A stretch of DNA of 60,463 nt, filler included. It is 7 parts of 7 records of this genome, joined end to end, with 100 filler letters (N's around TTAATTAATTAA, not from the genome) between each part and the next. Parts side by side here need not be neighbours in the genome. Positions count along the whole stretch, not along the records: positions 19,553 to 31,755 come from SRR31156797_57784; 6 more parts are not named here. One strand, given 5' to 3'. Positions 19,601-28,202 of this stretch are shown one piece after another. A program made the translations under genes and the position numbers. Position 1 is the stretch's first letter. Each line of letters starts with the position of its first letter. Below the pieces are notes generated by a model. It was given only the letters and a program-made list of their open reading frames with translations. It was not told where the DNA came from and made no database searches.

Positions 19601-20085
19601 GGCGCTGACATGTTAACTCGTTGTGACCTAGTGGATCTGAGTTTGAGTTGAATTTCATGCCGCGATGGAGGCCTTCTCCCAAACCTCGAAAGCGTCAGAG
19701 AGAAGCGCTTTTTAGGCTTTTTCGGATGAGTAAATGACGTTGGACATAGAAGGTGTTTTGGAACGCCGAATGGACTGCGAGAAAATGTTGTGCTGAACCC
19801 GGCGATTTGAACCGCTGTTGTTTCCGTTTTCGTCGCCGGGTTGGTTCAGGTGAGTTTTCGACCCTATTATTCCATCGTTTGCCACACATGTGCGTTGCCG
19901 ACGGCATGTCCCCGTTCGGCAAGCAGACCTTCAATATCCCGATCACCCGGAGTGAACCCATAGAATAGCCGGACGGCGTGCCGGATCATCGACCGCGAAA
20001 ACCGGCGACCGCGATAAAGGCTGGTATTCAGCCGGCCAATTTGCTGACCGGAAACACCAACACCAGTCATTAACGCGACAATACC
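19601..20085 (-). mobile_element. Degenerate, internally deleted IS6-family element (about 485 bp)
   Basis: N-terminal transposase remnant YRGRRFSRSMIRHAVRLF...RDIEGLLAERG and C-terminal remnant NNRVENS.EPTRRRKRKQQRFKSPGSAQHFL in different frames. Imperfect terminal IRs GGTATTGTCGCGTTAA (20085-20070) and GGCGCTGACATGTTAA (19601-19616). Confidence 0.8.
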
Positions 20086-20121
20086 GCCTTGAGGTGGCGC
20101 TTAAACTTGGCGGCACCGGCA

Positions 20122-22494
20122 CTATTCGCCGTACGGCACCCAGATGTTCTTGATCTGCGTCGCCTTGTAGAGGAAGGCACGGCCGTAGCCGTCCTCGCCG
20201 AGCCAGTTGCGGCGTCCGCCGGGTTCGGCCCAGGTCTGCTTGAGATTGCCGATCGACAACTCCTCTACGGTCTTGACGCCATCGGTCGAGCCGAAATACC
20301 AGAGCCCGTCGACGCCGTCGTGAGCGGCGAGCGTCTTGACCAGGTCCTCGCGCTCGCCGGTGACGATGTTGACGACGCCGGCCGGAATATCCGAAGTTTC
20401 GAGCACCTGGTAGAGATCGGTCGCCGACAGGGGATGGGTCTGGGACGGGATTGCGACCACACGGTTGCCCATGGCAAGCGCCGGCAGAAGCAGCGAAATC
20501 ATCCCAAGCAGCGGTTTCGCCGTCGGACAGACGACGCCGAGAACGCCGAGCGGCTCGTAAATTGCCAAGGTCACGTAAGACGACTGCGTCGAGTGCACCA
20601 TGCCGTCGAACTTATCGGCCTGGGCGGCATACCAGAAGCATCGCTGGATGCTGGTCTGCACTTCCTTCCTGGCATTGGCCGCGGTGTAGCCGAAACTTTG
20701 CAGGCGGTCGCCGAACTCGGCGGCGCGCGCCGCAACATTCTCGGCCAGAAAATAGAGAACCTGCGCCCGGTTGTGGCCGGTCGACGCTCCCCATCCTTGA
20801 GCCTTCGCCGCTGCCTCCACGGCATCGCGAATATCCTTGCGGTTGCCGTGCCCGGCCAGTCCGACCAGCTTTCCGTTCTTCGGGTGGGTGATCGGATAGG
20901 TGTAGCCGCCGTCGGGGCGCTTCTGCTTGCCGCCGATATAGAGTTTGGCGGTGCGGTCGATTCCGACCAGATTGCCGCCCACCTCGGGAAGCGGCGCAGT
21001 CGCCGTCGGCACATCGTTCTCGTTCTTGCGCGGCCCCGGCCCGGGCAAATCGAGATAGGCGAGCATGCCTTCGCGGCCGCCCTCGCGACCGTAGCCGCTT
21101 TCGCGGTAGCCGCCGAAACCCGCCCCTGCGTCGAAGACGTTGGTGCAGTTGATCCATACTACACCCGCCTTGACTTCCGCGGCGATTTTGATGGCCTGGT
21201 TGATGTTTTCCGACCAGATTGAGGCGGCCAATCCGTAGCGCGTGTTGTTGGCAAGCAGGACGGCGTCCGCCGGTGTCCGGAATGTCGTCAGCGTCGCCAC
21301 CGGGCCGAATATCTCTTCGGTGGCCAACACCGAAGCCGGTTCGACGTTGGTGGCCAGCGTCGGCGGATAGAAGCAGCCTTCCATCGCCTCACCCTGATGG
21401 AGCTCGGCGCCCTCTTCGACACCTTGGGCGACCAGCGCCTTGATGCTCTCGAGTTGCGACGGATGGACGATGGCGCCGACGTCGGTGCATTTGTCGAGCG
21501 GCGAGCCGCAATTCAGATGCGCCATGCGCGCTTTCAGCAGCTTGGTGAAGCGCTCGGCGACGCCTTCTGCGACAAGAATGCGCGACCCTGCGCAGCATAC
21601 CTGACCCTGATTGAACCAGATCGCGTCGACGACGCCTTCGACCGCCGCGTCGAGATCGGCATCGGCAAAAACGATGAACGGTGACTTGCCGCCCAGTTCG
21701 AGCGTCAGCTTCTTGCCCGATCCGGCGGTCCGCTTGCGAATGTGCTGGCCGACCTCGGTCGAGCCGGTAAAGGCGATCTTGTCGATACCGGGATGGGCGA
21801 CGATCGCATCGCCAATCTTGCTGTTGCCAGTGACGACGTTGACGACGCCCTCGGGCAGGCCGATTTCGTCGCAGATCCGGGTGAAGGCGAGTGCCGACAG
21901 CGGGGTATAGCTGGCCGGTTTGAGCACCACCGTGTTGCCGGCGGCCAGTGCCGGAGCGATCTTCCAGGCCATCATCAGCAGCGGGAAGTTCCACGGAATG
22001 ATTTGGCCGCACACGCCATGCGGTTCGGCGCCCGGAAATTCGCTTTCGACCAGTTCGGCCCAGCCGGCGTGGTGATAGAAATGGCGGGCCACCAACGGCA
22101 CGTCGATGTCGCGGGCCTCACGGACGGGCTTGCCGTTGTCCATGGTTTCGAGAACCGCAAGGAAACGGGCGTGCTGCTGTATATGGCGCGCCAGGGCATA
22201 GAGCCATTGCGCCCGTTCGTGGCCGGGCAGCGCCGACCATTTCGGGAATGCGGCCCGTGCCGCCGTGATCGCCTCGTCGAGATCGGCGGGCGTCGCCCGC
22301 GTTACTTTGGCGATCACATTGCCCGTCGCCGGATTGGTGACGTCGGCCAGGTCCTTGCCCGGCGGCAGCATGCGGCCGTTTATGTAAAGGCCGAAGCCGT
22401 CGGCATACGTGTCCAGCCAGCTCTGGACGATATCCGCGCCTTCCGGCGCCGGACCATAATCCATGCTTTCGATAAGGCTAGCAATTGAGCTCAT
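20122..22494 (-). CDS. Two-domain aldehyde dehydrogenase (ALDH16-like), deoC-linked
   Basis: PWNFP, FTGSTEVG, LELGGKSP, catalytic GQVCCAG, EEIFGP; then a second truncated ALDH Rossmann half (LYIGGKQKRPDGG...KNIWVPYGE). Confidence 0.92.
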   Translation of the reverse strand: MSSIASLIESMDYGPAPEGADIVQSWLDTYADGFGLYINGRMLPPGKDLADVTNPATGNVIAKVTRATPADLDEAITAARAAFPKWSALPGHERAQWLYALARHIQQHARFLAVLETMDNGKPVREARDIDVPLVARHFYHHAGWAELVESEFPGAEPHGVCGQIIPWNFPLLMMAWKIAPALAAGNTVVLKPASYTPLSALAFTRICDEIGLPEGVVNVVTGNSKIGDAIVAHPGIDKIAFTGSTEVGQHIRKRTAGSGKKLTLELGGKSPFIVFADADLDAAVEGVVDAIWFNQGQVCCAGSRILVAEGVAERFTKLLKARMAHLNCGSPLDKCTDVGAIVHPSQLESIKALVAQGVEEGAELHQGEAMEGCFYPPTLATNVEPASVLATEEIFGPVATLTTFRTPADAVLLANNTRYGLAASIWSENINQAIKIAAEVKAGVVWINCTNVFDAGAGFGGYRESGYGREGGREGMLAYLDLPGPGPRKNENDVPTATAPLPEVGGNLVGIDRTAKLYIGGKQKRPDGGYTYPITHPKNGKLVGLAGHGNRKDIRDAVEAAAKAQGWGASTGHNRAQVLYFLAENVAARAAEFGDRLQSFGYTAANARKEVQTSIQRCFWYAAQADKFDGMVHSTQSSYVTLAIYEPLGVLGVVCPTAKPLLGMISLLLPALAMGNRVVAIPSQTHPLSATDLYQVLETSDIPAGVVNIVTGEREDLVKTLAAHDGVDGLWYFGSTDGVKTVEELSIGNLKQTWAEPGGRRNWLGEDGYGRAFLYKATQIKNIWVPYGE

Positions 22495-22505
22495 GGTATC
22501 AACCT

Positions 22506-23525
22506 CTAGGCAACGGAATGACGATGGGAGGCGGCATAGCGCCCGGTAACGTGGTGTTCAAGCTGACGCTCGATATCGGCCAGCATCGACGAGGCGCCGA
22601 ACCGAAATCGCGATGGGCGCAGCCAGTCGTTACCCAACTCTTCCTTCATAAGAATCTGCCAGGAAAGCGCATCCTTGGCCGACTTCATGCCACCCGCCGG
22701 CTTGAACCCGACCTTGTAGTCGGTCTCCATCTGGTAGTCGCGGATGGCGCGGGTCATGATCAGGCTGACCGGCAACGTGGCATTCACCGGTTCTTTGCCG
22801 GTCGAGGTCTTGATGAAGTCGGCACCCGCCTGCATGGCGATCATCGAGGCGGCATAGACGTTGCGCAGCGTCTGCAACTCGCCGGTGCCCAGAATGGCCT
22901 TGAGATGCGTGCGGCCGCATGCTTCGCGCATCTGGGCGATTTCGTCGTAAAGCGCCGCCCAATCGCGCTTCAGAATATGTTCGCGGGTGATGACGATGTC
23001 GATCTCGGAGGCGCCTTCGTCGATGGCCCAGCGAATTTCCTCGAGACGCAGGTGCAACGGCATCAGGCCGGTCGGGAAGCCGGTTGCAACCGATGCCACC
23101 GGAACGTCGGTGCCCTTGAGGGCTTTGACCGCGTGCCGGACCATCGTCGGGTAAACGCAGACGGCGCCCGTGGTCAGTTTCATGTCCTCAATACCCAGGC
23201 CGGCAACAATATGCGGTGCCAGTGGTCGCCGGGCCTTGGCGCACAGACGGTAGACGCGGTCCTCGGTGTCGTCGCCCGACAGTGTGGTCAGGTCCATGCA
23301 GCGGATCGCGTTGACCAGCCAGGCGGCCTGGTTGGTCTTTTTAACCGAGCGTCGTTTGACTACGGTCTGGGCGCGCCGTTCCGCAGCCGCGCGGTTGACG
23401 GCGTGTCCCTCGAAGGCTTCCGGTCTCAGCGCGGTGCCGGGGTTACGCTCTTGATTGGAAAGGATGGCATGCTCCGGGGGGTCGAACTTCGGAGTCGAGG
23501 CCCGTGGGGAAACATCAGCGTTCAT
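22506..23525 (-). CDS. deoC: Deoxyribose-phosphate aldolase
   Basis: MDLTTL, AVCVYP, VATGFP.G, GASEIDIV, GADFIKTSTG (Schiff-base Lys), GFKPAGG, RFGAS. Confidence 0.95.
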   Translation of the reverse strand: MNADVSPRASTPKFDPPEHAILSNQERNPGTALRPEAFEGHAVNRAAAERRAQTVVKRRSVKKTNQAAWLVNAIRCMDLTTLSGDDTEDRVYRLCAKARRPLAPHIVAGLGIEDMKLTTGAVCVYPTMVRHAVKALKGTDVPVASVATGFPTGLMPLHLRLEEIRWAIDEGASEIDIVITREHILKRDWAALYDEIAQMREACGRTHLKAILGTGELQTLRNVYAASMIAMQAGADFIKTSTGKEPVNATLPVSLIMTRAIRDYQMETDYKVGFKPAGGMKSAKDALSWQILMKEELGNDWLRPSRFRFGASSMLADIERQLEHHVTGRYAASHRHSVA

Positions 23526-24504
23526 TTGCGTTCTCCAGCGCGAACTCTGCAGTGTCCTGATCGGTGACTAAGACGTTCAACAACCCGGCCTGCAGCGCAC
23601 CGAAAACGGCGCGGTGTTTTGCGGGACCGGTCACAACGCCGACGGCGTGACCGTGGTTGCCGACGTCGGCCAAAGTCAGTCCGACGGTTCGTTCGTCGAG
23701 CGATTGATCGACGATCCGCCCTGCCGAGTCGAAAAAACGGCCGAGCACGTCACCAACGGCGCCGGCCGCAATCAATCGGGTTAATTCCTCATCGGTGATA
23801 TTGCCTGAGGTCACGAGCACCGACTGCATGTCAAGCGTTCCCAACGAGAAGCACAGGACGTCCGCCTGGCGGGCGGCAGTAAGTACATCGGCGACAATAC
23901 GGTCCTTCTCGAGCACTTGCCGGGTTTCTTTTTCGCCGACGATCGACGGCGCCGGCAGGGGCAAGTTGCGGCCATGACCCTTGCGCGCAAAAATCTCGGC
24001 AACATCGTTTGTCCTCGGGCCGTCCGCTTTCAATGCGACCGCGCCGTTGATTTGGACCACCGTCACGCCGTCGTTCCATTGCGGTGCCAGCCAGTGCGCC
24101 ACCGCCGACATCGTGCGACCCCATGAAACCCCGACGCTGGTCGGTCGCGGCTGCAAGGCGGCGAAGTACTGTCCCGCCGCCTGGGCCACGCGTTCCATCG
24201 CGTGCTCACTGTCCAGCGAGCGGGAGACCACGATGGCGTCACGCAGTCCGAAACCTTCGATGAGACGCGCCTCTAGATCGGGCTGCCGAGCGAAACGCGG
24301 CACGATCTCGATGCGGACGATACCGGCGTCGTGCGCTTCCTGCAGAAGCTTGCTCACACGCCAGCGGTTCATTCCGGTTTCATTGGCGATTTCGGTCAGC
24401 GTTTTGTTCTGGTGATACGCCATCCGGGCGATGTGCACCATGATATGCTCACGGGGTTCGTCGAGCGGCAGACGGGTGAAATCGCGTTGGCTTGACTTGT
24501 TCAT
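23515..24504 (-). CDS. SorC/DeoR(B. subtilis)-type sugar-binding transcriptional regulator
   Basis: ARMAYHQNKTLTEIANETGMNRWRVSKLLQEA HTH; GVSWGRT; GAVGDVLGRFFD; LVTD. Start re-called to MNKSSQ (24504). Confidence 0.9.
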   Translation of the reverse strand: MNKSSQRDFTRLPLDEPREHIMVHIARMAYHQNKTLTEIANETGMNRWRVSKLLQEAHDAGIVRIEIVPRFARQPDLEARLIEGFGLRDAIVVSRSLDSEHAMERVAQAAGQYFAALQPRPTSVGVSWGRTMSAVAHWLAPQWNDGVTVVQINGAVALKADGPRTNDVAEIFARKGHGRNLPLPAPSIVGEKETRQVLEKDRIVADVLTAARQADVLCFSLGTLDMQSVLVTSGNITDEELTRLIAAGAVGDVLGRFFDSAGRIVDQSLDERTVGLTLADVGNHGHAVGVVTGPAKHRAVFGALQAGLLNVLVTDQDTAEFALENANER

Positions 24505-24527
24505 TTTTCCGACCTGGCATGTCTCGT

Positions 24528-25547
24528 TTATGGCCGGAACAATACCTTGGAATAAGGCAGATTTCCCGCTCTGAATCCTTCGAAGATCTCCGGTAGATCG
24601 GCGAGGTCCAGATCGTGGCTGATCAGGAATTCCCATTTCAGCCGTCCGTCGGAAAGCGCCGCCACCGTCTCGGTCCACTGCTTGCCAGGGAAAGGTGCAC
24701 CGAAGCTATTCCACGAGCCATGCAGGCTCACTTCCATCCGCAGGAAGTGCTGGAAGGTCGCATTGGCGAGCTTCACCTCGGGCACGGGAATGCCGATGAA
24801 CGAGACGTGGGCGCCCGGGCCGGCCAGTAGGATCGAGGCGTTGATGGTGGCATCGATGCCGACCGCCTCCACCACGACGTCGGCGCGCTTGTCGTTTTCC
24901 GACAGTTTCTGCGTATGGAGGCAGGTCGTTGCGCCGGCCTCGACGGCAAGGTCGAGCTTCGCCTGGCTGATATCGACAGCGATGATTTCGGAGGCTCCCA
25001 TCAGCCGCATCCATTGGATGGCAAACAGACCGATCGGACCGCAGCCGACCACGGCGCCGGTCTGCCCGACGGTTATTCCGCCGGCTTTCCACAGTGCGTG
25101 TAGCGCGATCGATGCCGGATCCACCATGGCGATGGCACGCGGGTCCGCGTCTTGCGGCACTTTGAGAAGGTTGGTCAGCGGCACCGCAACGTATTCGGCA
25201 TAGGCACCGTCGCGCCGACTGCCGAAATAGTCGTAGTCGCGGCAGCGCGAAAAATTGCCCGTCTTGCACTGGTCACATTCGTGGCAAGGCAGTATCGGCG
25301 GAATGGCAACGATTTCGTCGATTTCCCAGCCGGTCACGCCGGCTCCCAACTCGGCGATGCGACCGCAAAACTCATGCCCGGTGATCAGCGGCATCTTGTG
25401 AGCGCCTTTCACCAGCATGCGCGGCAAATCCGAGCCGCACACGCCAACCGATTCGACCCTGACAACGACTTCATTGGGGCCGGCTTGCGGCTTGGGAGTG
25501 TCCTCAAGCCGCCAGTCGCCCGGAGCGTGCAAAACGATGGATCTCAT
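24528..25547 (-). CDS. Zn-dependent MDR dehydrogenase, galactitol-1-phosphate 5-dehydrogenase (GatD)-like
   Basis: GVCGSDLPR, GHEF, structural Zn CxxCxxCx7C, GSRRDGAYAEY, GCGPIG, GSWNS...FPG. Confidence 0.88.
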   Translation of the reverse strand: MRSIVLHAPGDWRLEDTPKPQAGPNEVVVRVESVGVCGSDLPRMLVKGAHKMPLITGHEFCGRIAELGAGVTGWEIDEIVAIPPILPCHECDQCKTGNFSRCRDYDYFGSRRDGAYAEYVAVPLTNLLKVPQDADPRAIAMVDPASIALHALWKAGGITVGQTGAVVGCGPIGLFAIQWMRLMGASEIIAVDISQAKLDLAVEAGATTCLHTQKLSENDKRADVVVEAVGIDATINASILLAGPGAHVSFIGIPVPEVKLANATFQHFLRMEVSLHGSWNSFGAPFPGKQWTETVAALSDGRLKWEFLISHDLDLADLPEIFEGFRAGNLPYSKVLFRP

Positions 25548-25559
25548 TTCTCTTCCTCG

Positions 25560-25618
25560 TCACATTAGTGAAAATAAATCACTTATGTGACGATACGCCG
25601 ACATGGTGGGGTTGTCAA
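25560..25618 (-). promoter_or_regulatory. sigma70 promoter with a double-palindrome operator (putative SorC-type site)
   Basis: Minus strand TTGACA-N17-TATCGT (25618-25590). Immediately downstream lie TCAC-N4-GTGA twice, 7 nt apart (25560-25590). Confidence 0.7.
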
Positions 25619-25846
25619 TTTGCACTTGTTTTCGCGCCTGTTCCGCGTCTTTGCCGGCATTGCCAGACTGCCGCGATTCGAAACGAGTTCCGATTTGGAC
25701 GCATCCGCGTTGTAAGCGGAGCGCACACAGGGTCGCCCGCAGGACATTGGTCCGGCACGGCCGTACCGGTTGCGATGTCGAGGATTTGAGGCGCGCAAAA
25801 TGCCAGTGGCTTTCCGGCTCCCCGAATCCCAGCGGCAAATCGCGGT

Positions 25847-26629
25847 TTAAATGATCAGCCTGACCGTACCGCCATCGGCCCTGTGGCATACGCCGTTCAT
25901 GGCCCAGTTGGTTGCGAGCTGAAGCACGCCACGACCGTGCATCGCCGGATCGATCAGCTTCCGGACAAGGTTTCCGGGCTGGACTTCGTCGTAGAACGCC
26001 GCAAGCGTCTCATCGACCGAGCGTCCTTTTTCTTTGGCCAGGTCGGCGAAATAGGCCTTCACCGATTCGGTCGCCGTCGTCCCCGGCATGTAGCTGTTGA
26101 CCCGTACATTCGTCCCGCGTGTCAGTTCGGCCAGACCGCGGGAAAGCCCGAGAATGGCGGTTTTGGTCACGGAATAGGGGATCATGTTGCCGATCGAGCG
26201 GATTCCGGCTTCGCTTGCGATGAACACGATGCTGCCCTCGTTCTCGTCGAGCATCCGCCGCATCAGCAGGCGCGTGATACGGACGGCGGTCATCAGGTTG
26301 TGCTCGAGATACTCCGCCCACCGCGCATCGGTTACCTCGAAGAAATCGTTCACGTCGAACACGCCGACATTATTGACGAGAAATGACACATGGCCGAAAC
26401 CGGTGGCGAAGTCCGCCAATGTCTGGGCCCCCTCCGGGGTGCGCAGATCGGCAACCACGCCATGGGCGTTTTCTCCGATTTCCGCGCAAGCCTGCTCGAG
26501 CTTGTCGTGGGGAAGACCATTGATCACAACCGTCGCCCCTTCCGCATGAAAGGCCTCGGCGATGGCGCGCCCGATGCCGGTTGCTCCGCCTGTCACGACT
26601 GCTGTCTTTCCGGTGATATTGAAATCCAT
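25847..26629 (-). CDS. Short-chain dehydrogenase/reductase (SDR)
   Basis: TGGATGIG, NNVG, S...YSVTK catalytic motif, PGTTAT, ADGG. Confidence 0.92.
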   Translation of the reverse strand: MDFNITGKTAVVTGGATGIGRAIAEAFHAEGATVVINGLPHDKLEQACAEIGENAHGVVADLRTPEGAQTLADFATGFGHVSFLVNNVGVFDVNDFFEVTDARWAEYLEHNLMTAVRITRLLMRRMLDENEGSIVFIASEAGIRSIGNMIPYSVTKTAILGLSRGLAELTRGTNVRVNSYMPGTTATESVKAYFADLAKEKGRSVDETLAAFYDEVQPGNLVRKLIDPAMHGRGVLQLATNWAMNGVCHRADGGTVRLII

Positions 26630-26968
26630 TCGTTCCCTCCTGGAATTAAATTCTTTAAGCAGTAGAATTTAACGCAATTAATTCGACAAGTGCAATAGAT
26701 GGTTGTCGCCGTACTCAGCGCAAAGGAAAGATCCGACGATCGAAACAGATGTAGCGAAAAGTGGCCAAAAAACCCGAATTACGGGCCTTTTTCGCAGTCT
26801 CGACGGGCCTGAAATCGGTACGGAAAAACGCACGTTATAAAAATTGTTTCGTACACTATTGCGTAACAGGAAATTTCTTTTTATTATGCGTAAGCATTGG
26901 GAGGTCGGGCAAACAACTGCCCCCAGCACCGAAAAAAATCACAAAAACCGGAGCTGATTTGAGGAGTG

Positions 26969-28138
26969 ATGGAACGTCTGCAGCTTAACGGCTTACAAAA
27001 AACTTTCACCGATGGCACACGCGCAGTCCGCGGTGTTTCCTTCTGCATAGCAAACCAGGAAGCGGTTTTCCTGCTCGGCCCTTCGGGAGCGGGAAAAACA
27101 ACCACACTGCGTCTGGTCGCCGGTCTCGAACACGCCGACGCGGGCGAGATCAGGATCGGCGGTAATGATGTCACCCGCTGGACTCCGGGTGCGCGAAACG
27201 TGGCGATGGTCTACGACAAGCACTCTCTGTTCCCGCATTTAAGCGTCAAGGAAAACCTCGCCTACCCTCTGAGGGTTCGCAAATTGAGCGACGCGGCCGT
27301 CAACGACAGCATCTCGGCTGTCGCCGAAACCCTGCAGATCTCAGAGCAACTGGACAAGATGCCCAGTCAGCTTTCGGCGGGCCAAATGCAACGAGTCGCC
27401 ATCGGCCGGGCGCTTGTGCGGGATGCCGAGCTCTTCTTGCTGGATGAACCGATCTCACATCTCGATGCGCAGTTGCGCGCGCGCATGCGTGTCGAATTCA
27501 AGCGCCTGCAGCGCGAGTACAACGCCACGATGCTGTACGTATCCCACGATCAACTCGAGGCGATGACCATGGCCGACAGGATCGTTTTGATCAACAACGG
27601 CCTAGTCGAACAGATCGATATTCCGCAACAGATGTACGATCGACCGGCGACCATGTTCTGCGCGACATTCATTGGCGAACCGGCGATGAACATCCTGCCG
27701 GTCGCGCCGGCCGGAGAGGGCGACAAGCGGAAGCTGGCCATCGAAGGCACGCCGATCCCGGTCGACGGGGGGTGGTTCGATCATGGTGGACCGGCGCTCG
27801 ACGCCTCGAAGGACTATGTCCTCGGCGTCAGGCCTCAGCATCTCGAACTCGCCGATCCCGATTCGAATACTGCCGGGCTCTTGAGGGGCACGGTGTTCGC
27901 CGTCGAGATTCTCGGCTCGCGTGTGGTGTTCCACATTGAGGCGGGCAGTTCCATTGTGCGCGTGCTGACCTCGGTCGACGAAGCGCGCAAACACAAAACC
28001 GATATCGGCGCTCCGATCGCCATCCGCATCGATTCCAGGCACGTGTACCTGTTTTCACAGTCATCCGGAAAGACGGTCAGACAGGCCATCTTCGCCGAAA
28101 CCAGATCGAATTCGGAACGACCGGCCGTTCCTAACTGA
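26969..28138 (+). CDS. Sugar ABC transporter ATPase (MalK-like, with TOBE domain)
   Basis: Walker A GPSGAGKT, signature LSAGQ, Walker B LLDEP, YVSHDQ. Confidence 0.92.
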   Translation: MERLQLNGLQKTFTDGTRAVRGVSFCIANQEAVFLLGPSGAGKTTTLRLVAGLEHADAGEIRIGGNDVTRWTPGARNVAMVYDKHSLFPHLSVKENLAYPLRVRKLSDAAVNDSISAVAETLQISEQLDKMPSQLSAGQMQRVAIGRALVRDAELFLLDEPISHLDAQLRARMRVEFKRLQREYNATMLYVSHDQLEAMTMADRIVLINNGLVEQIDIPQQMYDRPATMFCATFIGEPAMNILPVAPAGEGDKRKLAIEGTPIPVDGGWFDHGGPALDASKDYVLGVRPQHLELADPDSNTAGLLRGTVFAVEILGSRVVFHIEAGSSIVRVLTSVDEARKHKTDIGAPIAIRIDSRHVYLFSQSSGKTVRQAIFAETRSNSERPAVPN

Positions 28139-28202
28139 TGCCGCAAAATCAATAAAAAACAGAAGCCGGGAGAGCTTTCAATTCTAAGGAGGAGCAAGAG
28201 AT

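Noticed and set aside
20101-20117. Possible additional IS6-like end (ttaaacttggcggcacc)
   Set aside because: Too short and degenerate, with no associated transposase sequence.
24505-24678. N-terminal extension of the SorC-type ORF
   Set aside because: It overlaps the dehydrogenase gene; an RBS-preceded ATG at 24504 gives a typical length.
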